NCBI GenBank assembly: GCA_963422375.2
Contig: OY729428.2
Location: 1,536,001-1,600,000, forward strand
Origin: Bryobacterales bacterium
Lineage (GTDB): Bacteria; Acidobacteriota; Terriglobia; Bryobacterales; UBA6623
Length of the DNA: 64,000 bases
Reading direction: 5' to 3'
Part shown: piece after piece, positions 22,327-31,477 of the stretch
How positions within the stretch are numbered: the stretch's first letter is position 1
Layout: each line of letters starts with the position of its first letter
Program-made: the position numbers and the translations under genes
The notes under the pieces: model-generated
What the model saw: the letters and a program-made list of their open reading frames with translations, nothing else
What the model was told of the DNA's origin: nothing
Database searches by the model: none

Positions 22327-23064
22327 TTGGCGCGGACTTTCGTGATCTGGGCTGTGCTGGCCCCGGCCGCGGCGCTCGCGCAGCTGGACCTGCGCTTGGG
22401 CGCGGAAGTGTACGCTCGGACCTGCGCCAACCAGTACTGCCACGGGGCCGCCGGCGAGCAAGGTGCGGCGGCGGCCCTCGCCGGACGGAAGCTCCGCTAC
22501 TCCTTCGTGGCTCGGTCCGTCATTTACGGCATCGCCAATACGAACATGCCGCCTTGGAAGGAGGCGCTGCCGCCGGCCGAGCTCGATGCCGTCATCGAGT
22601 ACGTCATGAGCCTGCAAAGCGCGCCGTCGTCGGCAGGTCCAGCTCCCGCGGCGGCTCCGGAGGCGCGCCGGTTGCGCCATCCCGGCCGCGCGCTGTTCTT
22701 CGATCCCGGTAGGGTGGGCTCCTGCGGGTCATGCCACGAGTTCCAAGGCCTCGGAACGGCGGTCGCCCCGCTGATCGAGGCCGTCCCCGGGGGCGTCGCC
22801 GGTCTTCGCGCCGCGAGGCCGGCTCGGGTCGACACCGTCGCCCTCGAGTCGGGTGCCACCTTCCCGGGCGTGAAGGTCGACGGCAAGGGCGGGCAGGCCC
22901 GGTACTACGACCTCCGTCCGCGGCTCCCCGTGCTCAGAACGCTCCGCAGAGACCGCGTGCCGGCGCTCGAGGGCAGTTCCTGGACGCACGCGGCCGCCCT
23001 GGACCGATACAGCCTGGCCGAGCAAGAGACGATCATCGAGTATTTGCGGCTGGCTCTGCGGTGA
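22327..23064 (+). CDS. Dihaem c-type cytochrome, paralog of 984-1805
   Basis: CANQYCH...NTNMPPW; GRALFF..CGSCH; starts 1 nt after the dehydrogenase stop. Confidence 0.82.
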   Translation: MARTFVIWAVLAPAAALAQLDLRLGAEVYARTCANQYCHGAAGEQGAAAALAGRKLRYSFVARSVIYGIANTNMPPWKEALPPAELDAVIEYVMSLQSAPSSAGPAPAAAPEARRLRHPGRALFFDPGRVGSCGSCHEFQGLGTAVAPLIEAVPGGVAGLRAARPARVDTVALESGATFPGVKVDGKGGQARYYDLRPRLPVLRTLRRDRVPALEGSSWTHAAALDRYSLAEQETIIEYLRLALR

Positions 23065-23339
23065 CGAGCCAGCTTTCGTTCTTGCGGAGACGGGCCGCTT
23101 GCGTGCGTCTCGATAGCGGGGCTGGTAATCGCGCGAATCTGCCGCTTCGGTAACCAACGGAAACCTGTCGAGATCTACAGCCTATGGCGGATCGCAGGGT
23201 CGCTCCGATCTGTCGGCGAATCCTGTCGGAGCCGGCGGTAATTCACCGCGTCCCGCCTTGTCTGGAGGGCTGATTCCGACCGCGCGTTCCCTCGCCTGCG
23301 AGTCGATACATTGGGTTACAGCGGAAGGGAACAGCGCGG

Positions 23340-26300
23340 ATGAACTCGATCCAGCCCAATCCAATCGCGATGGCGTTTGTTGCAGCTGCCGTGGGGGTCG
23401 CTTGCCTCGCGGCCTGCGGCGGAGGCGGCGCTGCACCCGCGACGGCACAGGCCCCCGCCCCGCCGCCGTTCCGGCCGGAGGTCGCGGAAGTCGACTTGGG
23501 GAGCAACGGCGGGAGGGTCCGGCTGGCGACGGTCGAGGGCGGCACTTGGGCCCGCGACGGCAGGCCGTTCCCGAGCGGCTCGACCGTGAGGGGCGACAAC
23601 GGCTTGGACTACAGGCTCACGCTAGCGGACGGAAGATGGACGGCCGCGTTCGTAGCACCTGACCCGGTGACAGTCCGGCTGGGGGCCAGCAGCGATGCGG
23701 TGTCGATTGAGACGCGGGAGGACGGGACCTTTCGCATGGACGGTCGGGCCGTGGCGAGCGGCGATGTGTGGAGGGCCCCCAACGGCAACGAATACCGATT
23801 CGTGCGCGCGTCTGACGGCGATTGGTCCGCGGAATTCGTGTCTGCCGAGCCCTTGGTTGTGACGCTTGGGTCGAGCGGGGAACGGGCGACGCTGACAACG
23901 CTTGAAGGAGGGCGGTTCGAATACGGCGGCAGGCGCATTGGAAGCGGGGATACGTTCGCGATCCCGAGCGGACGCCGCTACAGGCTCCAGCGTTCGTCGG
24001 CGGGGCAATGGAGTGCCGTCTTCGTACCGCCCGCCCCTGTGTCCGTCCGGCTGGGCGACAGCAACGTCACGGTGTCGATCGAGACGCGGGAGAACGGCAC
24101 CTTCGGCATAGGCGACCAAGCCGTGGCGAGCGGCGCTTTGTGGAAGGCTCCCAACGGCAGCCAGTACCGCCTCGTGCACGCGCCCGGTCGTGGTTGGTCC
24201 GCGGAATTCGTGTCCGCCGGGACCTTGGTCGTGGTACTCGGAGCAAGCGAACGAAAAGCGACGCTGACACGCCTTGAAGCCGGTGTGTTCGAGTACAACG
24301 GCGAGCGGTTCCGCAGCGGCGAGACGTTCGAGGGCGAGAACGGACACCGCTACAGGCTCCTGCTCTCGCCGACCGGTGTATGGACGGCCGTCTACGCAGC
24401 CCCCGACCCGATCACGGTTAGCTTGGGATCCACGAGCGAAACGGTTTCCATCCAAGAGACTGAGAGCGGCTTTACACTGGGCGACGTTCCGATCGCGAGC
24501 GGGGACATCCGCAAGGTCCCGAACGGAGACCAATACCGGTTCCTGCAAGATCTGGAGGGGCGCTGGAGCGCGGAATTCGTCGCTCCGCCCCAGCAGCGGG
24601 TTCGGCTCGGCTCGAGCTCGCTCGCAGTCCTCGTCGAGAGCTTGGAGGGCGGGCGATTCCGCGTGGAAGGCGGTGCTTTCGAGAGCGGCCAAGTATGGGA
24701 GGCGTCGAATGGCGACTCCTACCGATTGGACCGGCGCACGGACGGCGTTTGGATCGCCACCTTCGTCCCCGGGCCGCCGGTGACGGTCACGTTGGGGTCA
24801 CGCGGCGGCACGCTGACGCTCACGCGGGCCGAGGGCGGGACCTACGAGCGCAATTCCCGGGCATTCGCGGGCGGCACCGTGACGGGAAACGGCTTCGACT
24901 ACCGTCTCACGCTGCGGAACGGCGAGTGGCACGTCGAGCCACTGGGGCGGTCTGCCACCGTCGCTCTGCCAGGCGGTGGTTCGATCACCGTCATGGAGCA
25001 GGAGGACGGCAGCTACCAGCTGGACGGGAATCCGATCACGAGCGGCCACATCGCCAAGACGGAGGGGCAGTCCTACCAACTCACTCTGTCCGGGGGGCGG
25101 TGGAATGCCGCGGTGTGGAATCCGGCACCGCTGACACCGGCGGATGGCGCCGACGACATCCAAGCGACGCTTGTGGGCGCGAGAGCCAATCTGATCGATT
25201 CGGAAGGCAGGTCCGCCAGGGCTGGAGCGAGGCTGCGCGTGAATGGTCGCGAGTTCTCGCTGCAAAGGCTGTTCGAAGACGGGGAGGACGAGCGGGCCGG
25301 ATCCTTCGTGACGCGCGTCCGGGATGGGGTCGAGCTTGCCCGGACCCGCATTGGCACGCTGCTTGGCCTGAACGACGACGGCTCCTTGGACAGCGCTATC
25401 GAGACCAAGTGGGACGAAATCGCCAGCCAGCTGGATGAGATTTTTGTCGGCGAGGGACACGCCATCCTAGGAGGCCGGGACACGCCGAAGCGGCGCGCGC
25501 AGATCGACAACGGCGAAGTCACCAGCGTTCTCGCGAAAGTCGTAGCCGCGCTAGAAAGCGAAAGCAGCTTTGACGACGCCCTCAGCGGTGGCATCTTCGG
25601 CGATACCACCTTGGCGAGCTCCAGCTCCACCGACGTTGCCGAGCTGTTCGGAACGCAGTCCGTGCTCGAGAGAATCGCCTTCGGTCACGGGGAGAACACC
25701 CGGTACGGTGCCTACTCCAAGCGCGCCCGAGCCACTCCAGGCGCGGTCTTGGAGTATGCCTCTGGCGTCGACGGCCTCGGGGCCTTCGCCTACAGCCCGC
25801 TAGAGAGATCCAGGTCCCTCGACCTCCCTCGTCGTGGACGGGCCGCATACGTAGGCGAGACCTACGCCGCAGCGCGCAACGGCGACCAAGAGTTGTTCGT
25901 AGGAGACATCGAGTTGGAAGCGAACTTCAGTAGCGGCCGGGTGGCCGGCATCGTCACGAATCTCGACGAGATATCGCACGGCAATCCGTGGAAGTACGCC
26001 AGCGGCGACGTGGCGACGATTCGCTTGCCCGGCGCGAGCATCGCGCGCGATGACGGATCGTTCGCAGCCGCGGACGACGCGACCGCCTCGGTCGAGTACG
26101 CGACGGCAGTCGGTGCGCCGCGCCCCCGCTCCGTTGCCTCGGGCTTGTCGGGGCAGTTTCTCAGCACGGAGGCCGAGCACGGGAGCAACGTTATCGGCAC
26201 TTGGTCCCTGAAGGGCGACGGCGAGGCGATACTGACCGGCGGCTTCGGCGCGGATCTCGACCCGGCGCAACAGCCGGTGGCTCCGCAGCCTCCGGCGACG

Positions 26301-27434
26301 TCGGACGGCGGCGAGAGCTCGAGGACATTCCTCACCGCCCGGCCGGACGACGACGGCGAGATCGAGATAGAGGCCCTTGACGAGGACGGAGAAACGATCA
26401 AGCTGCCGGCAGCAAGCCTGTTTCAAGACAACGAATTCAGCCGTTCGGGACCGCGGATATTCGCGAGCGCTCGAAGCGCGCTCGAAGCGCATCTCTCTCG
26501 CCTGAGGCTCTACAGGGAGCTGGCCCTCGACACCGAGTCACTCCGGACAAGTCTTTGGACCGCGGCGAACGCGGAATTGGAATCGATTTTCGGCGCCGGA
26601 ACGACGGCCTTGGGTTCCGAATACCCATCTGGCCGTGAAATGCCTGCTCGCGATGTCGCGGCGGTCAGGAAGTTGGAGGACGCTGTGGATGCGTTGGGCA
26701 GTGCAAGCGACTTCGAATTCGCGGTGAGCCGCCCGGACCTGTTCGCCACCGAGCCGCCGAGTTCTGCTGACTTTGACGCGATATACGCCGCTCGCGAGTT
26801 CGAGCTGGAAGTGGTTTACTGGTCCACGGACTTCGCTAGGTACGGCGCGTGGGCCCAGACAGCCCCCTCCAAGGCAATCAGCCCGGCGGAGAAATCCCTT
26901 CAGGCTACGGGTGTGTTCGCCTACAGCCCGCTCGCACAGTCCGTGCATCGCTCGGGGGACTCTGCTTTCGCGACGGGGTTCGCTGCGCGCTACGAGGGGT
27001 CGACATGGGCAGTCGAGACGGTAAAGGAGAATGGCACGCCGGCTAGCCCCTATTTCCGATTCTACGATGCCACCTTCATCATGACCGTTCGATGGTCCGG
27101 AGGTAGTGCGGACGCTGCCGTCTCCGCCGTTGTGGAGGGATTGAGCGAATCGAAGGAGTACGATCCGTACAGTTACCAAGGGCAGGGCGTAGACCAGATC
27201 ATCTTCAGCGGCCTATCGACGAGCGTCACTTCTGGCAGAATCGAATTGGACGACTCGCGTCACAGCGTTCGGGTTCGGCACTTGGACTTTGGGATAGCGG
27301 ACCGCACCATCGACTCAGACACCTCGATGAGGGGCAAGTTCGTTGGCACTAGCTGGGACGGTCCCCGGGGCGTAATCGGTGACTGGGAAGCGGGCGACCT
27401 CAAGGGCGCCTTCGGTGCAGACTTCAAGCCTTGA
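23340..27434 (+). CDS. Large lipoprotein with nine ~62-aa N-terminal repeats and two TbpB-like lobes
   Basis: Lipobox LAAC followed by GGGG and a Pro-rich linker; repeats VxLGxS..E.G.F..G....SG.....NG..YRL....G.WSA.FV; lobes with FAYSPL ending in GGFGA and GAFGA. Confidence 0.75.
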   Translation: MNSIQPNPIAMAFVAAAVGVACLAACGGGGAAPATAQAPAPPPFRPEVAEVDLGSNGGRVRLATVEGGTWARDGRPFPSGSTVRGDNGLDYRLTLADGRWTAAFVAPDPVTVRLGASSDAVSIETREDGTFRMDGRAVASGDVWRAPNGNEYRFVRASDGDWSAEFVSAEPLVVTLGSSGERATLTTLEGGRFEYGGRRIGSGDTFAIPSGRRYRLQRSSAGQWSAVFVPPAPVSVRLGDSNVTVSIETRENGTFGIGDQAVASGALWKAPNGSQYRLVHAPGRGWSAEFVSAGTLVVVLGASERKATLTRLEAGVFEYNGERFRSGETFEGENGHRYRLLLSPTGVWTAVYAAPDPITVSLGSTSETVSIQETESGFTLGDVPIASGDIRKVPNGDQYRFLQDLEGRWSAEFVAPPQQRVRLGSSSLAVLVESLEGGRFRVEGGAFESGQVWEASNGDSYRLDRRTDGVWIATFVPGPPVTVTLGSRGGTLTLTRAEGGTYERNSRAFAGGTVTGNGFDYRLTLRNGEWHVEPLGRSATVALPGGGSITVMEQEDGSYQLDGNPITSGHIAKTEGQSYQLTLSGGRWNAAVWNPAPLTPADGADDIQATLVGARANLIDSEGRSARAGARLRVNGREFSLQRLFEDGEDERAGSFVTRVRDGVELARTRIGTLLGLNDDGSLDSAIETKWDEIASQLDEIFVGEGHAILGGRDTPKRRAQIDNGEVTSVLAKVVAALESESSFDDALSGGIFGDTTLASSSSTDVAELFGTQSVLERIAFGHGENTRYGAYSKRARATPGAVLEYASGVDGLGAFAYSPLERSRSLDLPRRGRAAYVGETYAAARNGDQELFVGDIELEANFSSGRVAGIVTNLDEISHGNPWKYASGDVATIRLPGASIARDDGSFAAADDATASVEYATAVGAPRPRSVASGLSGQFLSTEAEHGSNVIGTWSLKGDGEAILTGGFGADLDPAQQPVAPQPPATSDGGESSRTFLTARPDDDGEIEIEALDEDGETIKLPAASLFQDNEFSRSGPRIFASARSALEAHLSRLRLYRELALDTESLRTSLWTAANAELESIFGAGTTALGSEYPSGREMPARDVAAVRKLEDAVDALGSASDFEFAVSRPDLFATEPPSSADFDAIYAAREFELEVVYWSTDFARYGAWAQTAPSKAISPAEKSLQATGVFAYSPLAQSVHRSGDSAFATGFAARYEGSTWAVETVKENGTPASPYFRFYDATFIMTVRWSGGSADAAVSAVVEGLSESKEYDPYSYQGQGVDQIIFSGLSTSVTSGRIELDDSRHSVRVRHLDFGIADRTIDSDTSMRGKFVGTSWDGPRGVIGDWEAGDLKGAFGADFKP

Positions 27435-27630
27435 CGCCCGGGCCGGTTCTCATCCGACCGGGTATGCTAGCAGTCTCTTGCGTTGCGGGCGGGACGGTGC
27501 ATTCTCGAAGATGGCGATGGGTGCCAGCGCCGATGCTCGAGTCCCTTGGGAAACCTGGGTATCGGAGGTGATGCACGGGTCTACCTGGCCCCGGCGTGAC
27601 AGGTTGGCTGGCTCGTTCCTGACCTCGCGT

Positions 27631-28785
27631 TCATTCGGAGGCTAGGCGCTCGAAGCGCTTGATCCGGTCTGGGCGGAGCTCGAATCTGGAAGTGTCCAAG
27701 GCGTTCGAGCGGCTGAGGCAAAGGTCCGCCATGATCCTGCCAACCGCGCTGCAAAACTTGAATCCATGTCCGGAAAAGCCAGCGGCCACAAAAACGTCCG
27801 GCTCTTCCGGGTGGCGGTCTAGGATGAAGTCGCGATCGGGCGTGTTGGTGAATGTGCAAGCCGCCATCCTGCGAGTCGGGCCGGACGCTTGCGGAAAGTA
27901 CTCGTCCAGACCGTCCCGCAAGACCCGTTCGTCGTCCGCGTCGCAGGTGTGTACCATGGCATCGGGATCGTCCACCTGCTCCCGTAGGTGATGGTACTTC
28001 CCGATCTTGAAGCCTTCGCCGCGATGGTCTGGGTAACCGTAGAAGCGGCCGCGGGGGGACTCCATGTTGAAGACAGGGAAGCGTCTCGGAGCGTAGGCCG
28101 CCGCGACCACGGGAGAAGTCCAGAGCATCACCTGCCTCTCGGGTCGGCAATACTGTCGCAGGACCGGCGCGAGCTGCCCGACCCACGGCCCCGTTGCAAG
28201 CACGAGCCGCTTGGCTAGGAACCTGCCGGCCTCGGTATCGACGCGGAGCGATCCGGCTTGCCGCGCCCATCCGAGCGCCCGCGTGCCTTGGATCACCTCC
28301 GCGCCGAGGTCGAGCGCTGCATCCACATGCGAGGCGACGGCCACTTCGGATAGCAAGTACCCGGCGTCGGGCTGGTAGAGCGCCCGCAGCGACGGCGGCA
28401 GCCGATAGCCAGGGTAGCGGCGATTGACCTGCTCCGCCTCGAGTTCCTTGAATTCGAGTCCGTGCCGGAGGCACGACCGCTTCGATCCCAGGATCGTCCA
28501 GCTGTCCTCCGGTCCGATATCGAGCCCGCCCGTCACGTGCAGAATGGACCTCCTCGACACCCGTTCGAGTTCGCGCCAATTCCTGTAGGCCTCGCGCAGC
28601 AGGGGCACGTAGTGGCTCCCCTCGGAGTACGCTAGGCGGATAATCCGGGTCGACCCGTGCGACGAACCGAACGCGTGGGGTATGCCGAATCGTTCCACGC
28701 CTAGCGCCTTGCAGCCGCTGCGGGCGAGATGGAACAGGGTCGCGCTCCCCATTCCGCCGAGACCGATGACGATCGCGTCGTACAT
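27631..28785 (-). CDS. solA: N-methyl-L-tryptophan oxidase / monomeric sarcosine oxidase family
   Basis: GLGGMGS, GSSHGSTRIIR, CTFTNTPD, GFSGHGFKF. Confidence 0.88.
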   Translation of the reverse strand: MYDAIVIGLGGMGSATLFHLARSGCKALGVERFGIPHAFGSSHGSTRIIRLAYSEGSHYVPLLREAYRNWRELERVSRRSILHVTGGLDIGPEDSWTILGSKRSCLRHGLEFKELEAEQVNRRYPGYRLPPSLRALYQPDAGYLLSEVAVASHVDAALDLGAEVIQGTRALGWARQAGSLRVDTEAGRFLAKRLVLATGPWVGQLAPVLRQYCRPERQVMLWTSPVVAAAYAPRRFPVFNMESPRGRFYGYPDHRGEGFKIGKYHHLREQVDDPDAMVHTCDADDERVLRDGLDEYFPQASGPTRRMAACTFTNTPDRDFILDRHPEEPDVFVAAGFSGHGFKFCSAVGRIMADLCLSRSNALDTSRFELRPDRIKRFERLASE

Positions 28786-28794
28786 CCGTGCCGG

Positions 28795-30975
28795 TCAAGG
28801 TCTGTCGCGGGTGACCGCGAGAGCGTGAAGGCGCAAGATCTGATCCTCGTCAAGCACCTCGCGGAAGGACGGCATTCCGTTCCCGCCGCGCACCACTAGG
28901 CGTACGAACTGGCCCGCGGATAGACCGGTCAGGAAGATGTTGGGACCGCTGCCCCCGCCGTCTCTGTGGCACCCGATGCAATGCGACCGGTACAGAGCGT
29001 TGGCCCCGAGCAGCGCCTCCTCGTCCTCGAGGTACGGATTGGCTCTCTCGTCAGCGCCTCCTGCGCTGGCCGCGCTGCTCGAGATCGGCTGGGGCGGGCC
29101 TGCCGTGCGAACGGGGGCGCTGCCTTCCGTCGCTTTGAATCCGTAGCCGGGCAAGACACGTCCTCCGAGCGTGTGACCGGGCTCTCCCACCCGGGGAAGT
29201 CCCCCTTCGATCGTCGTCAAGCTCGTGCCCAGTGGCACCCGCGCCGGTCCTCCTCCGTCAAGAGCGAAGACCCAGATGTTCCCCGCCTTCGGCTCGGCGT
29301 AGTAGAAGGTCATGTCGCCGCCTATTCCTCCGGACGGGACTGCGACGTACTGCGTGCCGTCTAGCTCGTAGGTGATCGGGCTGCCGATGATTCCCGAGCC
29401 GGTCTGGAATTGCCACAGCAAGGTGCCGGTGCGGGCGTCGAGGGCCATGAAGTAGCCGCGCATGTCGCCGGTGAATACAAGTCCGCTTGACGTGGCCACC
29501 GAACCGGCCCAGAATGGGGCGGGGCTCGTCAATCTCCATAGAACCTCGCGATTCAATACGTCATAGGCGATGAAGTTGCCCGGGTTCTCGCTCGTCACGT
29601 ACTGCTGGTAATCGGCGCCGAGGTACCACTCGCCGTCGCTCGGAGGAGCGAACGAGTCCTCCTCCCAGAACTTGTAGCCCATCGCCCATTGGTTCGACAT
29701 GAAGTAGAGCGTCCGCAGTTGCGGGTTGTAGGCGAGCGGCTGCCAGTCGATCGCCCCTTCAAGGCTCGGGATGATCGGGCCGACCTCGGGTCCACCGGAT
29801 TCAGCCACCATCTCGGGATTCACGATCGGGCGGCCTGTTTCCGGATCGAGCCCCTTGGCCCAAGTGATGCCCGGCACGATCGGGTCGCCGTAAAGGAACT
29901 GCCCGTCGGTGCGGTCGAGCGCGTAGAAATATCCGTTCTTGTCGTGGTGGAAGAGCGCCTTGACCGGGCCGTGCTCGCCGAGATCGAGGTCTGCGAGCAC
30001 CGGGGTGCTGACCGCGTCGTAGTCCCAGCAGTCCCACGGCGTGTACTGGAAGCCCCATTCGATCCGGCCTGAATCGGCGTCGATGGCGATCGTGGCTGCA
30101 GTCCACTTGTTGTCGCCCTTGCGGACTTGGCAGTTCCAAGGAGCCGCGTTGCCTGTATTCCAATAGACGAGTTCGATGTCGGGATCGTAGACGCCGGTTG
30201 TCCATGTAGGCCCGCCTCCGTGCTTCCACGTCTCGCCCGGCCAGGTCTCGTTCCCGGGTTCACCGGGCCCGGGAATCGTGTAGGCTGTCCAGCGCAGCTC
30301 CCCGGTACCGCTGTCGAACGCCTTGACGAACCCCCGGATGCCGAACTCTCCGCCGGCGACTCCGGTGAGTACCATGTCTTTCACGACCAGCGGGGCTCCG
30401 GTGATGCTATATCCCTGACGCCAGTCGACGACTTGGGTTTCCCAGACGACTTCTCCCGAGGACTTGTCGAGCGCGACCAATCGGGCGTCCATCGTGCCAA
30501 CGTAAACGAGTTCACCCGACAGGGCCACGCCGCGGTTGATCGACCCGCAGCAATAGACCCGTTCGGTCTCGACCCGGAGCTGCGGATCGTAGCTCCACTC
30601 CTTCGCTCCCGTCCGTGCGTCGATCGCGAACACCCGGGAGCCGTCAGCCGACACGTACAAAACGCCGTCATGAATGAGCGGAGTCGCCTCGAGGCCGCGA
30701 TTCTCCCCGCCCGTGGCGAAGACCCACGCCGGATGCAGGCGGCTGATGTTGCCCGGGTTGATTTGATCTAGGTCTACGTAGCGGTGGGCGTAGTAGTCCC
30801 GGCCGTACATCAGCCAGTCAGATGTGTTGGTCGCTGCCGCCTCGAGATCTTCGTTGGTGACCGGCTGAGCAACGACATGCGGGACCAGCAATGCGAGCGA
30901 CACGAGAAGATTCCGAATGACTGCGGTGTGGGTTGGCGAAATCATTGTATGTGCTGCCGGATTCCATTCTTGCAA
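28795..30975 (-). CDS. PQQ alcohol dehydrogenase (methanol/ethanol family) with C-terminal cytochrome c
   Basis: Vicinal YCCGSINRG, GGEFG, TGNAAPWN, WDYDAV, C-terminal CIGCH...GNGMP. Confidence 0.9.
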   Translation of the reverse strand: MQEWNPAAHTMISPTHTAVIRNLLVSLALLVPHVVAQPVTNEDLEAAATNTSDWLMYGRDYYAHRYVDLDQINPGNISRLHPAWVFATGGENRGLEATPLIHDGVLYVSADGSRVFAIDARTGAKEWSYDPQLRVETERVYCCGSINRGVALSGELVYVGTMDARLVALDKSSGEVVWETQVVDWRQGYSITGAPLVVKDMVLTGVAGGEFGIRGFVKAFDSGTGELRWTAYTIPGPGEPGNETWPGETWKHGGGPTWTTGVYDPDIELVYWNTGNAAPWNCQVRKGDNKWTAATIAIDADSGRIEWGFQYTPWDCWDYDAVSTPVLADLDLGEHGPVKALFHHDKNGYFYALDRTDGQFLYGDPIVPGITWAKGLDPETGRPIVNPEMVAESGGPEVGPIIPSLEGAIDWQPLAYNPQLRTLYFMSNQWAMGYKFWEEDSFAPPSDGEWYLGADYQQYVTSENPGNFIAYDVLNREVLWRLTSPAPFWAGSVATSSGLVFTGDMRGYFMALDARTGTLLWQFQTGSGIIGSPITYELDGTQYVAVPSGGIGGDMTFYYAEPKAGNIWVFALDGGGPARVPLGTSLTTIEGGLPRVGEPGHTLGGRVLPGYGFKATEGSAPVRTAGPPQPISSSAASAGGADERANPYLEDEEALLGANALYRSHCIGCHRDGGGSGPNIFLTGLSAGQFVRLVVRGGNGMPSFREVLDEDQILRLHALAVTRDRP

Positions 30976-31477
30976 AGGAGCCTGCCCTCGAATCGATCAT
31001 GCCCGAGCCCACCGTTACATGGGTCGCTCGGATGACCATGTCCGATTCGGACCGCGATTAGAGTGGTCCGTGACCGCGTTTTCGTGACGTTTCGGGGAGT
31101 TGGAGGGGGAGAGCGTCTGCATCCGGGTAGCTGACACCCTTCCGACGCCCCTAGACCGAGTAAGTGCAGGACGGACGCTGTCTCTCGTCCTGGGGTCGGA
31201 GCCTGTGCGGAGCGGTCGAACGCTTGGCGGGGTTGGGGACAGCGCGTAGGAGAGACGAGACCAACGGCGAGGCTAGTGTCAAGGACAAGCCGATCGGGGA
31301 CGGCCAGATCCTTTCGCACGACAACCGCCGCCGAATGGATCCCTCGAGCGGTGTCCCGGACGGCGGCCACGTCGCTGTTCTGGCCGTCTAAGGAAAGAGC
31401 AGACGCCATTTCGATGCAGTCGGCAATCCAATCCGACGCTTGCGGGCGGGAAACGTGGGATTTGCCAATGATCGGAT

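Noticed and set aside
19110..22430. 1106-aa ORF and other long overlapping ORFs (e.g. 1970-3433, 48330-50012)
   Set aside because: These are antisense or off-frame shadows of real genes in GC-rich DNA; only the C-terminal DUF1501 part of the 1106-aa ORF is real
30980..31470. Riboswitch upstream of the quinohaemoprotein
   Set aside because: Only short GC-rich hairpins; no recognisable aptamer consensus
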